A stretch of 64,000 nt of DNA from Candidatus Aldehydirespiratoraceae bacterium (GTDB lineage Bacteria > Actinomycetota > Acidimicrobiia > Acidimicrobiales > Aldehydirespiratoraceae), in the NCBI GenBank assembly GCA_965205465.1, contig OZ242187.1, positions 2,078,890 through 2,142,889 of the forward strand, given 5' to 3'. Every line of letters begins with the position of its first letter. The first letter of the stretch is position 1. Below, piece by piece: positions 54,627-62,851 of the stretch. Under the pieces are notes generated by a model, which ran no database searches, had not been told where the DNA came from, and saw only the letters and a program-made list of their open reading frames with translations. The translations under genes were made by a program, and so were the position numbers.

Positions 54627-55283
54627 ATGTCTCCCCCTGAAATTTTCCCCAGCGTCGACGATGGCACGCTGACTCCCAAGCATGATCCCAGCAAAACGAC
54701 GGCGCGCTTGCTGGAGGTCGCCGCCAAAGAATTCATAGAGCGCGGCTATGAGGCGGCCCGGGTGAGCGACATCGCCCGTCGTGCGGGGGTGACAACGGGT
54801 GCCATCTATGCTCGTTGGCCCAACAAGACCGACGTGATGGTGGCCGCCCTGAACCACATCTTCCAGAAGATCCTCCCTGATGGAGAGATCGAAGCTCTCG
54901 GTGTCTCAGAGAAGGAACCTCTCGACATCATGGCGGTTCTGGGGGAGAACCTGCTGGTCTTCGACGAGAACAAGGACATCATGGTCCAAGTGTTCGGCAG
55001 CGCCCGGAACAACGAAGCGATCCGAGCCTGCCTTCAGACATACCTCGACGACGAGGCTGACCAGTTGAGCCGCCTTGTAGAGGAGGGCAAGAACACGGGT
55101 TTGTTCGATCCCGCCGTCAGCACCACCGCCATCAGCTTGCTGTGCCAGTCGCTGGGCCTCGGCAGCCACTTGCTGCTCACAGCCGGCCTCAGCGAGCGCC
55201 ATGTCCCCAGCGAAGACGAATGGATTGACCTGCTCTGGAAGTTGCTGACCGCCGTGGCCCCCCCACCGCCGCCACCGCACTAA
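54627..55283 (+). CDS. TetR/AcrR-family transcriptional regulator
   Basis: LLEVAAKEFIERGYEAARVSDIARRAGVTTGAIYARWPNK is the canonical TetR_N HTH. Confidence 0.9.
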   Translation: MSPPEIFPSVDDGTLTPKHDPSKTTARLLEVAAKEFIERGYEAARVSDIARRAGVTTGAIYARWPNKTDVMVAALNHIFQKILPDGEIEALGVSEKEPLDIMAVLGENLLVFDENKDIMVQVFGSARNNEAIRACLQTYLDDEADQLSRLVEEGKNTGLFDPAVSTTAISLLCQSLGLGSHLLLTAGLSERHVPSEDEWIDLLWKLLTAVAPPPPPPH

Positions 55284-55413
55284 CCGCCGGACTCACCCCG
55301 CCTCTGAATGCCTCGTAGCAATGGGCCACATACCCAAGCCCAGCATGTTGCGTACTTCCTCCGCCTTTCGACGGATATCGTCCTTTTGGGAGAACTGAGC
55401 ACGGTGGCTGAGC

Positions 55414-55455
55414 GGATCTCTGGAGTGGTCAACTCGCTATATCGATCGTCGGCGT
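55414..55455 (+). repeat. 42-bp direct repeat, copy 1
   Basis: GGATCTCTGGAGTGGTCAACTCGCTATATCGATCGTCGGCGT. 40/42 identical to 62495-62536. Confidence 0.9.
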
Positions 55456-55467
55456 CGAGAGATAGAG

Positions 55468-55563
55468 ATTCCCCTCATCGCCGCTACGACCGAGTTGTTC
55501 GATCTCACCGTGCTGCACGTCGATAGGGACTTCGACTTGATAGCGCAGTTCACTGGGCAACCT
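55468..55563 (+). pseudogene. C-terminal remnant of a PIN-domain toxin
   Basis: [32 protein letters not shown] resembles the last helix-strand of VapC proteins. The N-terminal part is missing and there is an in-frame stop at 55396. Confidence 0.5.
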
Positions 55564-55660
55564 GGGGTGAGTTCGGGCGGCTCACAATTCTCGCTGTACT
55601 CGCGGAGCGCTCTGAGGAATAGCTCCCGCTCATCCTCGTTCGATGGCAGTTCGGATCCCA

Positions 55661-55903
55661 TCAGCGGTAGAGGTCCTTCCTGGCGCCGATCGTAAGCACG
55701 ACAATGTCACCGTCTCGCGCTGTGTAGATGATGCGATGAGAGTGTCCTAGGCGCGCGGAGCGCTTGTCCCGCAGTTGGCCCTTGAGTTTTTTCCCGAGTC
55801 CAGGCTCGTCGTCGAGTCGTCTGATGAGCTCGCGCGCTTTCTGCGAGAGCGCCGGGGGTAACCCATCGAGGTCTTTATTTGCTCTGGCGGTCAGTTTGGG
55901 CAC
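55661..55903 (-). CDS. RelE/ParE-family toxin
   Basis: GTG 55903 gives about 80 aa, ...[27 protein letters not shown]...[27 protein letters not shown]. It lies 7 nt after the antitoxin stop. Confidence 0.8.
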   Translation of the reverse strand: MPKLTARANKDLDGLPPALSQKARELIRRLDDEPGLGKKLKGQLRDKRSARLGHSHRIIYTARDGDIVVLTIGARKDLYR

Positions 55904-55910
55904 GATTTGA

Positions 55911-56183
55911 TCAATCGAGGGGAACGAGGTCTCCGGCAGCGAGGTCAGCCTCGGCTTCGGCGATAGCGGCCACGGTGTCGCTGTCCGCAAGGATGTTGAG
56001 GGTCTCAATCAGCGATTCGTACTCTTCGTGCCCCACGATCACAGCTGCTGGGCGGCCGTGCTTGGTGATGACGAACTCGGCCCCGGTGGACTCGACCTCG
56101 TCGACGATCTCGCTCAGGCGACTACGGGCATCAGTCAATGGCGCTGTGTAGCTGCTGGGACTGGTGGTGGTGTTGGTGGTCAT
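55911..56183 (-). CDS. Phd/YefM-family antitoxin
   Basis: ...LTDARSRLSEIVDEVESTGAEFVITKHGRPAAVIVGHEEYESLIETL... is the canonical YefM fold signature. The start is taken as ATG 56183. Confidence 0.85.
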   Translation of the reverse strand: MTTNTTTSPSSYTAPLTDARSRLSEIVDEVESTGAEFVITKHGRPAAVIVGHEEYESLIETLNILADSDTVAAIAEAEADLAAGDLVPLD

Positions 56184-56426
56184 ACTCAAACTGTACAGAA
56201 AACCAGACATAACGTCACCAGCGTTTCCTGGAAATCAACGCGCCGCCTATGCCTCGACGCGCGAATTGCAGGCATGAATGGCGGAAGGAGGGGGAAACCA
56301 CCGAGCCTTGCGGCCTTGCTTCGGGGACTGGGGGGATGGGGGTCGGCTGCCGCTCGTTTGAGGCAACTGCGATCAGCAGGGAGCCTCGCTGACAACGCAC
56401 GGCAGCCGACCAACGTCCAAGCGGGG

Positions 56427-58110
56427 CTACTCCTCGGTCACTTTCAGGGTGTAACTGCCTGTGCAGCCATGAAGTCCGGAGCAGTCGCCCGTGCCTGCTA
56501 CCGAGATGTAGTGAGTCCCAGTCCTATTCGCTGTGTAGGTCGTGCCGCCTTTCTGGAACAGATTTCCGAGGCGGTACACGCCGTCGATCAACAGATCCGC
56601 CTCGCTCTCCAGTTGCAGCTTGTAGGTCCGACTATTGGTGAGCTCGACTCGGAACCAGTCACGGTCGCAGGTGTCCCCGTCCAGCTCGATGCCGTCACCG
56701 GTTTCCTCGTGGCAGCTGGAGCCGTAATGGTTTTTCGTCCAGCCCGGCTCATGGGAGTAGTAGCCGTCGGGGCCACCAGTATCACCGGCGTTGTACCAAC
56801 TCGGAGTCGAATCAATCCGGCCCGACACAGAGCCGCCCACAGACACGGTGCCGCTGGTGGACGTGTCCGCCGCGTAGTCGTCGAAGAACGGGGCAGACGC
56901 CTCGGTCACTTCCAGGTGCCAGTCGCCCAGCCGCTGACCCGCTGAGCCGCGGCTGCCGAACTCGATGATGTGGTCTCCGGTCTCGGTCGCGGTGTAGATG
57001 AGGCGCGCCGCGTTGCCGGGGCCGGAGTCGTGGTCGAAGAAGCCGTCGTAAGACGCCCCGAAGAAGGTGGTGCAGGCCGGTGGGTCCGGTGGAGTATTTG
57101 TATAATCACACCGGCCGGTTCGCGTGATCCGGTCGCCGTTCGGGTCCCGGATGTCTATGATCCACGGGTCGATGCCCGGGTATCCGACGGATCGAACGTC
57201 GATCTGGTACGACTTCCCGTTCACCATCGGCACGTCCACCGCGTCAGTGTCAGTGGGGGTCCCGATGGTCCCCGTCGCAGTGTCCCCGACGTCCACGGTA
57301 GGTTCGATCTCAGCAGTGCTCCGGTCCGCCACGAGCACCGTCTTGCCTCCGGACGTCGTGGTGATCTTCACGTAGTGCACGCCCGCCACCGACGGCGTGA
57401 AGAAGTTGAGCGACGCATCATTGCTGCCCACTCCTGTGCCTGCGCGTGCTCTCGTGTTTCCAATCTCCACTTCGTCCGGTCCGCACACGAACTTAATCTC
57501 CGCCTTGCCGATTTCAGCGTCAGCGTAGATCTGATACGTGCCCAGAGCGTCCGTGAGCATGACCTGCACCCATTCCTGGCTGCTGGAGAGGCCCTTCCAC
57601 GCGTCGAGCGTGGCAGTGACGATGTTCGCAGCAGGGCTACACGTTTCGCCTGCCGCCTTCTCGGTCAGGGGCTCCTTCTCGGGGACTTGGGTGATGGTGC
57701 CCGGCGTCGGCCTCAGGGGGAGAGGGGGAGGGGGTTCGTCGAGCATCAGCTTGGCGACCCGTGAGCGTCGGCTTGTCAGCGAGTCGCGTACCGCAGCGAC
57801 TTTGTAGCGCCGGTCGCCTGCGGTCAGGTCCGTGTCGGTCCACTCGTTCAATTCGCCGTCAACCGTGGCGATCACCGTGTGGGATGTCTCCGCGGGACGG
57901 ATCTTGCGCAACACCTGCCACGAGTCCACCGTCTCGTCCGGGGCATCCCAGCTAAGAAATACCCCCCCCCCCCCCGCTGTCGAGGTCGGCGGTCAGGCCG
58001 GTCGGCCGGTCCGGCGCGACGGGTGTTGCGAATGCTTGGGTGGCCAAACCGGCGACAAGTGCCCCGGCCAGCAGTACAGCCATCCATGCGCGGTTACGTC
58101 TCTTGAACAT
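56427..58110 (-). CDS. Exported FN3 + PPC-like domain protein, currently out of frame at a poly-G tract after the signal peptide
   Basis: ATG 58110 (GAAGGAACGAGAC upstream) encodes MFKRRNRAWMAVLLAGALVAGLATQAFA-TPVAPDRPTGLTADLDS, then G14, then a stop at 57952-57954. The ORF body 56427..57929 continues the FN3 (..FLSWDAPDETVDSWQVL..) in the -1 frame. The C-terminal repeats contain DDYAADTSTSGTV...DRDWFRVELTNSRTYKL. Confidence 0.8.
57962..57975 (-). repeat. Homopolymeric tract: 14 G on the coding (-) strand
   Basis: The + strand reads A-C14-G. The tract starts exactly at codon 46 of the signal-peptide ORF. 13 or 16 G would join it in frame to the FN3 body via GTA (Val). Confidence 0.95.
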
Positions 58111-58185
58111 GTCTCGTTCCTTCTCTCAGGCACGAGCAACTGATTGTGCCCGTACGTACGCACGTCGCTGCATCCTATTGTAACG

Positions 58186-58221
58186 GACACATGATGTCAT
58201 CGTAGCCGACACATGATGTCA
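58186..58221. promoter_or_regulatory. 14-bp direct repeat x2 (22-bp period) in the promoter region of the poly-G gene
   Basis: GACACATGATGTCA at 58186-58199 and 58208-58221. On the gene strand the upstream copy forms part of a perfect TTGACA hexamer. Confidence 0.4.
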
Positions 58222-58289
58222 ATAGTAATCGATATTATTAATTGCCGCGATCGCTGAAGCGGGACGGCTGCTGACACCAGCAGGGCCTT

Positions 58290-58454
58290 TCAGTGGCGGT
58301 GGCAGCGTCGCTGCGTTCGATCTGCGAATGCGTCGCGCACATCCAGGCGGGTGAGGCAGGCCAGCACGTCGCTTTGGTGTATCCGGTCCACCGGCATGTT
58401 GCCGAGGGTCGGCATGGCGTAGGTCTCCAAGGTCTGCCACCAGGCGGAATATCT
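58290..58454 (-). pseudogene. Remnant of a P4-type (DUF4102-arm) tyrosine integrase
   Basis: RYSAWWQTLETYAMPTLGNMPVDRIHQSDVLACLTRL matches the conserved W..TLE.YA.P.lG..pV..I...DVL segment of tRNA-associated integrases. Only about 55 codons remain, ending at a stop, 16 nt from the tRNA-Ser 3' end. Confidence 0.55.
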
Positions 58455-58469
58455 GCCAACTGTAATTTG

Positions 58470-58554
58470 CGGAGGGAGGGGGATTCGAACCCCCGGGGCC
58501 GTGAAGCCCGCTGGTTTTCAAGACCAGTGCATTCGTCCGCTCTGCCATCCCTCC
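58470..58554 (-). tRNA. tRNA-Ser (anticodon TGA)
   Basis: The reverse complement GGAGGGATGGCAGAGCGGACGAATGCACTGGTCTTGAAAACCAGCGGGCTTCACGGCCCCGGGGGTTCGAATCCCCCTCCCTCCG has a long variable arm and anticodon loop CTTGAAA. Confidence 0.95.
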
Positions 58555-58754
58555 AACTGACCAGGATACTGGAACGCCTCTGGAACAGGGCTCGCCAACA
58601 GCCCGGGCATAGCTCGCGCTGCTCCGTCGGCTCTGTCACATGCCTGTGCGAACCTGTGCTCTTGCACGCGCCTTCTGGGAGCGATGAGTCCGAGACTCAG
58701 GCCCTGGGGTAGCGCGTGTCATCGGATTAGCGTCCCCGTCTTGGAGCATCGAAA

Positions 58755-60419
58755 ATGCAATACTTCACACAAATGACACTGACAGGAGTCGAGGCGGTGC
58801 CCGAGGCCGCGGTTAGCGGGGGTTTGTCTTGCGAGCGTGGCCTCGCAGTTGCTGCGTGGGCGATCGCCAAGAACGGGGCCCTTGCGGGGATCACAGGACG
58901 CGAGTCAAGCCTGTTGAATGAGACGGGACCGGTAGACGCCGGTTCTGGAATTTACGGGCTGATTGACTTGATTCGGGAGGGTAGCGACCCGCTTGGCGAG
59001 GCGTTTACTCGGATTCGTCCGGCGAGGCAACGCCGGTCGTTGGGAGCGACTTACACCCCGTCTGAGATCGTGTCCTCGATGGTGGCCTGGATCGCCAGTC
59101 AGGGTGAGCCTTCGCGCATCGTTGACCCGGGGACCGGCTCGGCAAGGTTCTTGTTGGCGGCTGGCCGGGCGTGCCCGCAAGCGTCGCTGGTCGGCGCTGA
59201 GATCGACCCTCTTGCTGCTCTTGTAGCCCGTGCAAACCTGACCGCTGCCGGGTTCGACACTCGGTCGCAGATCGTTGTGGGCGACTACAGAACAGCTGCG
59301 TTCGATGACTGCGACGGAAATACTGCGTTTCTAGGCAATCCCCCGTATGTCCGACACCATCAAATCGAACCTGCCGGCAAGAAGTGGCTGGCCGACAGCG
59401 CGGCGCAGCTCGGGCTGCGGGCCAGCGGCCTCGCTGGTTTGCATGCACACTTCTTGGTTGCGACCGCTCTTCGCGCCCGTTCTGGCGACATCGGCTCGTT
59501 CGTCACGTCAGCCGAGTGGCTCGACGTCAACTACGGGCGGCTGATGCGAGAACTATTTGCAGCCCGTTTGGGAGGCTTGTCGATCCACTTGATTGATCCT
59601 ACGGCGAGTCCCTTCAGTGACGCGGCTACGACCGCCGTAGTGACCTGCTTTGAGGTGGGCACCACCTCAAAGGCGATCCGCATGAAGCGAATCCCCGACA
59701 CAGGCGCGTTGGGTGCGCTTGATGACGGACGTGAAATAGACCGACAACAACTTTTCAATGCCCCCCGCTGGACCCCGCTGCTCAACAGGACCCCGAAACC
59801 GCCCGCCGGCTATGTCGAACTCGGTGAGTTTTGTCGAGTACACCGCGGTGCGGTGACCGGCGCGAACAAGACTTGGATCACCGAGGCCTCTGACCCCGCG
59901 CTCCCTTCAAGCGTGCTGATACCTGCGGTTACTCGCGCCCGCGAACTGTTCGACGCACCCGACGGGATGCTGAACACGGCGCTGAATCTGCTCGCTGTCG
60001 TAGCCCTGCCCGCAGACCTGGATATGTTTGACTCCGCTGACAGAGTTCTCATCGACAGGTTCCTTCGTGCAGCGCAGCGGCAAGGCATCCCGTCGGGATA
60101 TGTCGCGAGCCACCGCAGACCGTGGTGGTCGGTGAGGCTCCGAGAACCGGCGCCGATCCTCGCAACTTACATGGCGCGGCGTCCACCGGTGTTCGTGCGC
60201 AACAAGGCCGCCGCGGGCCACATCAACGTAGCCCACGGAATTTACCCGCACGAGCCACTGACGGAGCCGACCCTCGACGCCTTGGCAGCCGCTCTCTGTG
60301 CTGCGGGCCCCACCGCTGTTGGACGCACCTACGCAGGCGGACTCGTCAAATTCGAGCCGTCGGAGATGGCACGCATCCACATCCCAGCTCCAGAGATGCT
60401 TGAAGTGATTGCAGCGTGA
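58755..60419 (+). CDS. N6-adenine DNA methyltransferase (gamma class, Eco57I/TaqI-like)
   Basis: 554 aa. GATYTP, motif I VDPGTGSARFL, motif IV NPPYV, then a long target-recognition region. Confidence 0.85.
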   Translation: MQYFTQMTLTGVEAVPEAAVSGGLSCERGLAVAAWAIAKNGALAGITGRESSLLNETGPVDAGSGIYGLIDLIREGSDPLGEAFTRIRPARQRRSLGATYTPSEIVSSMVAWIASQGEPSRIVDPGTGSARFLLAAGRACPQASLVGAEIDPLAALVARANLTAAGFDTRSQIVVGDYRTAAFDDCDGNTAFLGNPPYVRHHQIEPAGKKWLADSAAQLGLRASGLAGLHAHFLVATALRARSGDIGSFVTSAEWLDVNYGRLMRELFAARLGGLSIHLIDPTASPFSDAATTAVVTCFEVGTTSKAIRMKRIPDTGALGALDDGREIDRQQLFNAPRWTPLLNRTPKPPAGYVELGEFCRVHRGAVTGANKTWITEASDPALPSSVLIPAVTRARELFDAPDGMLNTALNLLAVVALPADLDMFDSADRVLIDRFLRAAQRQGIPSGYVASHRRPWWSVRLREPAPILATYMARRPPVFVRNKAAAGHINVAHGIYPHEPLTEPTLDALAAALCAAGPTAVGRTYAGGLVKFEPSEMARIHIPAPEMLEVIAA

Positions 60420-61372
60420 CCACAATCAGGCCGCCTTGGTGGGAACCCGAGGACTTCCAACGGGACCTGGACAGAGCCGTCGAACTGTTCCGGGCACGGA
60501 GACTGAAAGAACCCGTCGACCAGTACCGCAGGGAATTCGAGGAAGCCGTGGAGCGAGTCGAGCATCTCCTGAGGAACACCGACAACCTGACCGCGACCCT
60601 GCCGGGTGCGCCGAATGCGCCGGAGGTGGTACTGGGTCTCCTGGCAGACCCGGAGTTGCGCGTCGTCTTGAGGTACTTGGCTGGGCCACCGATCTCAGAG
60701 GATGATCTCAAGACACTTGCCGAAGCGCCCTCCTTGGCCCCGAGTCGGCTCAGCGGAGACGAGGCCATGGTGCAGCGGATCATGGCGGTGTTGCACGAGA
60801 GCCTCGACACCAAACGCTTCCCTTGGATGCCGGCGCCGGAGCAAGAATCCCCGGATGACAGAGATCTGTATGCCGCAGTCGTCGCGTCGGCGAGCCTCCT
60901 CGCCACACAGCGCGTACAGACAACGCGCCGAAATACTGACAAGGAACGTCAAGAAGGAAGGGTGCAGAGATACTTGACGCTGATTGGACTCAAGCAGGTT
61001 GATCCGAGACCGATCCCGACAGTCCGCGAAGCCCCTGAACCCGGCGAGTTCTGCGGTGAATGCCAGGTTGCCCGGCGAAAAGCCGACATCGTGGTGGCGC
61101 TCCATGACGGGCGGGTCATGCCCATCGAGTGCAAGGTCTCCAACTCAGCAATCAACTCCGTCAAACGACTCAACAACGACGCGGCCGCCAAAGCGGCCCA
61201 ATGGCTCGACGCGCTCGGCAAGGACCAGGTTGTGCCATGTGCCCTGCTATCCGGCGTCTTCAACAAGCACAACCTCGAAGATGCCCAGAACGCGGGGCTA
61301 GCGATCTTCTGGGCTCACAACCTCAAGCCACTCGGAATTTTCATTCGCACCATCCAAGAGCAGACCCCCTAG
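60416..61372 (+). CDS. Type II restriction endonuclease, XamI-family-like (PD-(D/E)xK)
   Basis: 318 aa, with a 4-nt overlap onto the methylase stop. The candidate catalytic core is ...RRKADIVVALHDGRVMPIECKVSNS... The family call rests on recollection of XamI-like architecture. Confidence 0.6.
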   Translation: MTTIRPPWWEPEDFQRDLDRAVELFRARRLKEPVDQYRREFEEAVERVEHLLRNTDNLTATLPGAPNAPEVVLGLLADPELRVVLRYLAGPPISEDDLKTLAEAPSLAPSRLSGDEAMVQRIMAVLHESLDTKRFPWMPAPEQESPDDRDLYAAVVASASLLATQRVQTTRRNTDKERQEGRVQRYLTLIGLKQVDPRPIPTVREAPEPGEFCGECQVARRKADIVVALHDGRVMPIECKVSNSAINSVKRLNNDAAAKAAQWLDALGKDQVVPCALLSGVFNKHNLEDAQNAGLAIFWAHNLKPLGIFIRTIQEQTP

Positions 61373-61729
61373 CACACCGAAACTGAAGCAGGCCGTTGAC
61401 AGTCGGGGGTTTGTTGAGAGGAAGATCCTATGGACGACAGAGAGCAGCAGCGGTTTGTCGTGTGACGGGTTCCTTGCGATTTGTGGACGAGCCCGAACTG
61501 ACGGCACTGGCCGAGGCGCTCTATGTGATCCTTGAGGTCGTATGGCCCTTACCGTTTGGATGCTCACAATGATGGATGGGCTACGGGAGGGAATTGAAGA
61601 CTGTGCACCCGTCACATGCGTGTTCGCGTAACCCCTGACCCTTGATGGTGCGGGGCTTCTGCTAGCCCTACGGACTTGTAGTCTGACCGACACCGACGGA
61701 GAGAATCGGACGCCAGGAAGGGACGGACC

Positions 61730-62485
61730 ATGACCACAGACGACTCTGAGACGAGAACGCCGACCGCAATTGGCCGTTGGCAGCTATTTGTGGATGTTCC
61801 CTTGCTGGTGCTCGCTCTCGCGAGTATCCCGCTGATTGTCGTAGAGGACGTCGGACATGGCGCAGTCGCTCAAGGCGCAATAATCGCAAATTGGGTGATA
61901 TGGGCGTTCTTTGTTGTGGACCTCACAGTGCGAGTGTGGCTCGTTCGCCACAATCGGATGCGGTATCTCGTCGTCCACTGGTACGACGTGGGCATTGTCG
62001 TGCTGTCGGTGTTGCCCTACTTCCGTCCACTGCGGATTCTGCGATCCGCAAGAGCGCTCCGTGTGCTGAGGGCGACTCGCGTCATCGTCTACGCCACGAG
62101 CTTCTGGCACATTGTGGTACGCCTGTGGGGAGGGCTTGTCGGGAAGACGCTTGTGGTAGTTATTCCAGCCATTGTCGCCGCTGGCGCTGGAGGAGTGTGG
62201 ATAGTCGAAAAGGACGGCAACGGTGCCATCGGCAGTTACGGCGACGCGGCCTGGTGGGCTGTCACTACCGTCACCACCGTCGGATACGGGGACATCGCCC
62301 CGGTAACAGTTGAGGGCCGCTTGATAGCGGCGGTGCTGATGGTCACGGGAATTGCCACATTCGGAGTTGTCACGGCCAACATTGCTGCCGCCATGACCAC
62401 CAAACGCGAGACATCCAAGGATGTAGATGCCCGTATCGACGAACTTTTGGCAGCCCTGAACGAACTCAAGCAACAGCGCCCCTGA
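61730..62485 (+). CDS. Voltage-gated-type potassium channel (6TM, KvAP-like)
   Basis: S4-like RPLRILRSARALRVLRATRV, selectivity filter TTVGYGD and flanking TM helices. 251 aa. Confidence 0.85.
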   Translation: MTTDDSETRTPTAIGRWQLFVDVPLLVLALASIPLIVVEDVGHGAVAQGAIIANWVIWAFFVVDLTVRVWLVRHNRMRYLVVHWYDVGIVVLSVLPYFRPLRILRSARALRVLRATRVIVYATSFWHIVVRLWGGLVGKTLVVVIPAIVAAGAGGVWIVEKDGNGAIGSYGDAAWWAVTTVTTVGYGDIAPVTVEGRLIAAVLMVTGIATFGVVTANIAAAMTTKRETSKDVDARIDELLAALNELKQQRP

Positions 62486-62494
62486 AACGCCGAT

Positions 62495-62536
62495 GGATCT
62501 CTGGAGGGGTCAACTCGCTATATCGATCGCCGGCGT
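62495..62536 (+). repeat. 42-bp direct repeat, copy 2
   Basis: GGATCTCTGGAGGGGTCAACTCGCTATATCGATCGCCGGCGT. 40/42 identical to 55414-55455. Confidence 0.9.
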
Positions 62537-62851
62537 TAGTGGTGGCGCGGGTGCGGCCTTGGACAGGATGGACTGCGGCCCTCCTCGGTTGGGTGTTCAC
62601 CAACCTGGCCGAGCTATTCCTCCGCGACTCGGAGGTTTGACAGGCGCAGTGACCCTTGTCCGACGGAGCGTTAGTCCACCATAGCGACGCTGCAGTGGGT
62701 ACTCCGACGTCGACTTTTCTGGAGCGGGTGTCACTCCCAAATAAAGTTCCAATTGATGTGCGTGCCGCTGGGGATGTGCTGCACTATCCATCCGCTCCTG
62801 CCAAGCTCACTGGATAGGGATCTCAAGACCTCTGGTGTGAGATCGGCCTCG

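Noticed and set aside
55437-55661. 74-aa ORF whose ATG overlaps the RelE stop (TGATG), as a possible third gene of the YefM/RelE operon.
   Set aside because: Its C-terminal two-thirds are antisense to the PIN remnant and look like noise. Only the acidic first ~35 aa could be real, and there is no recognisable family. Left uncalled.
58470-58554. Possible tRNA-Sec (selC) to go with the Sec-GPx, because of the long variable arm.
   Set aside because: The anticodon loop is CTTGAAA, so the anticodon is TGA (reads UCA, Ser), not TCA. The 7-bp acceptor stem and normal D-arm also fit tRNA-Ser.
58219-58712. ORFs 58219..58548, 58238..58639 and 58293..58712.
   Set aside because: They run through the tRNA-Ser(TGA) gene and the integrase stub. 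There are no motifs and they are incompatible with the tRNA.
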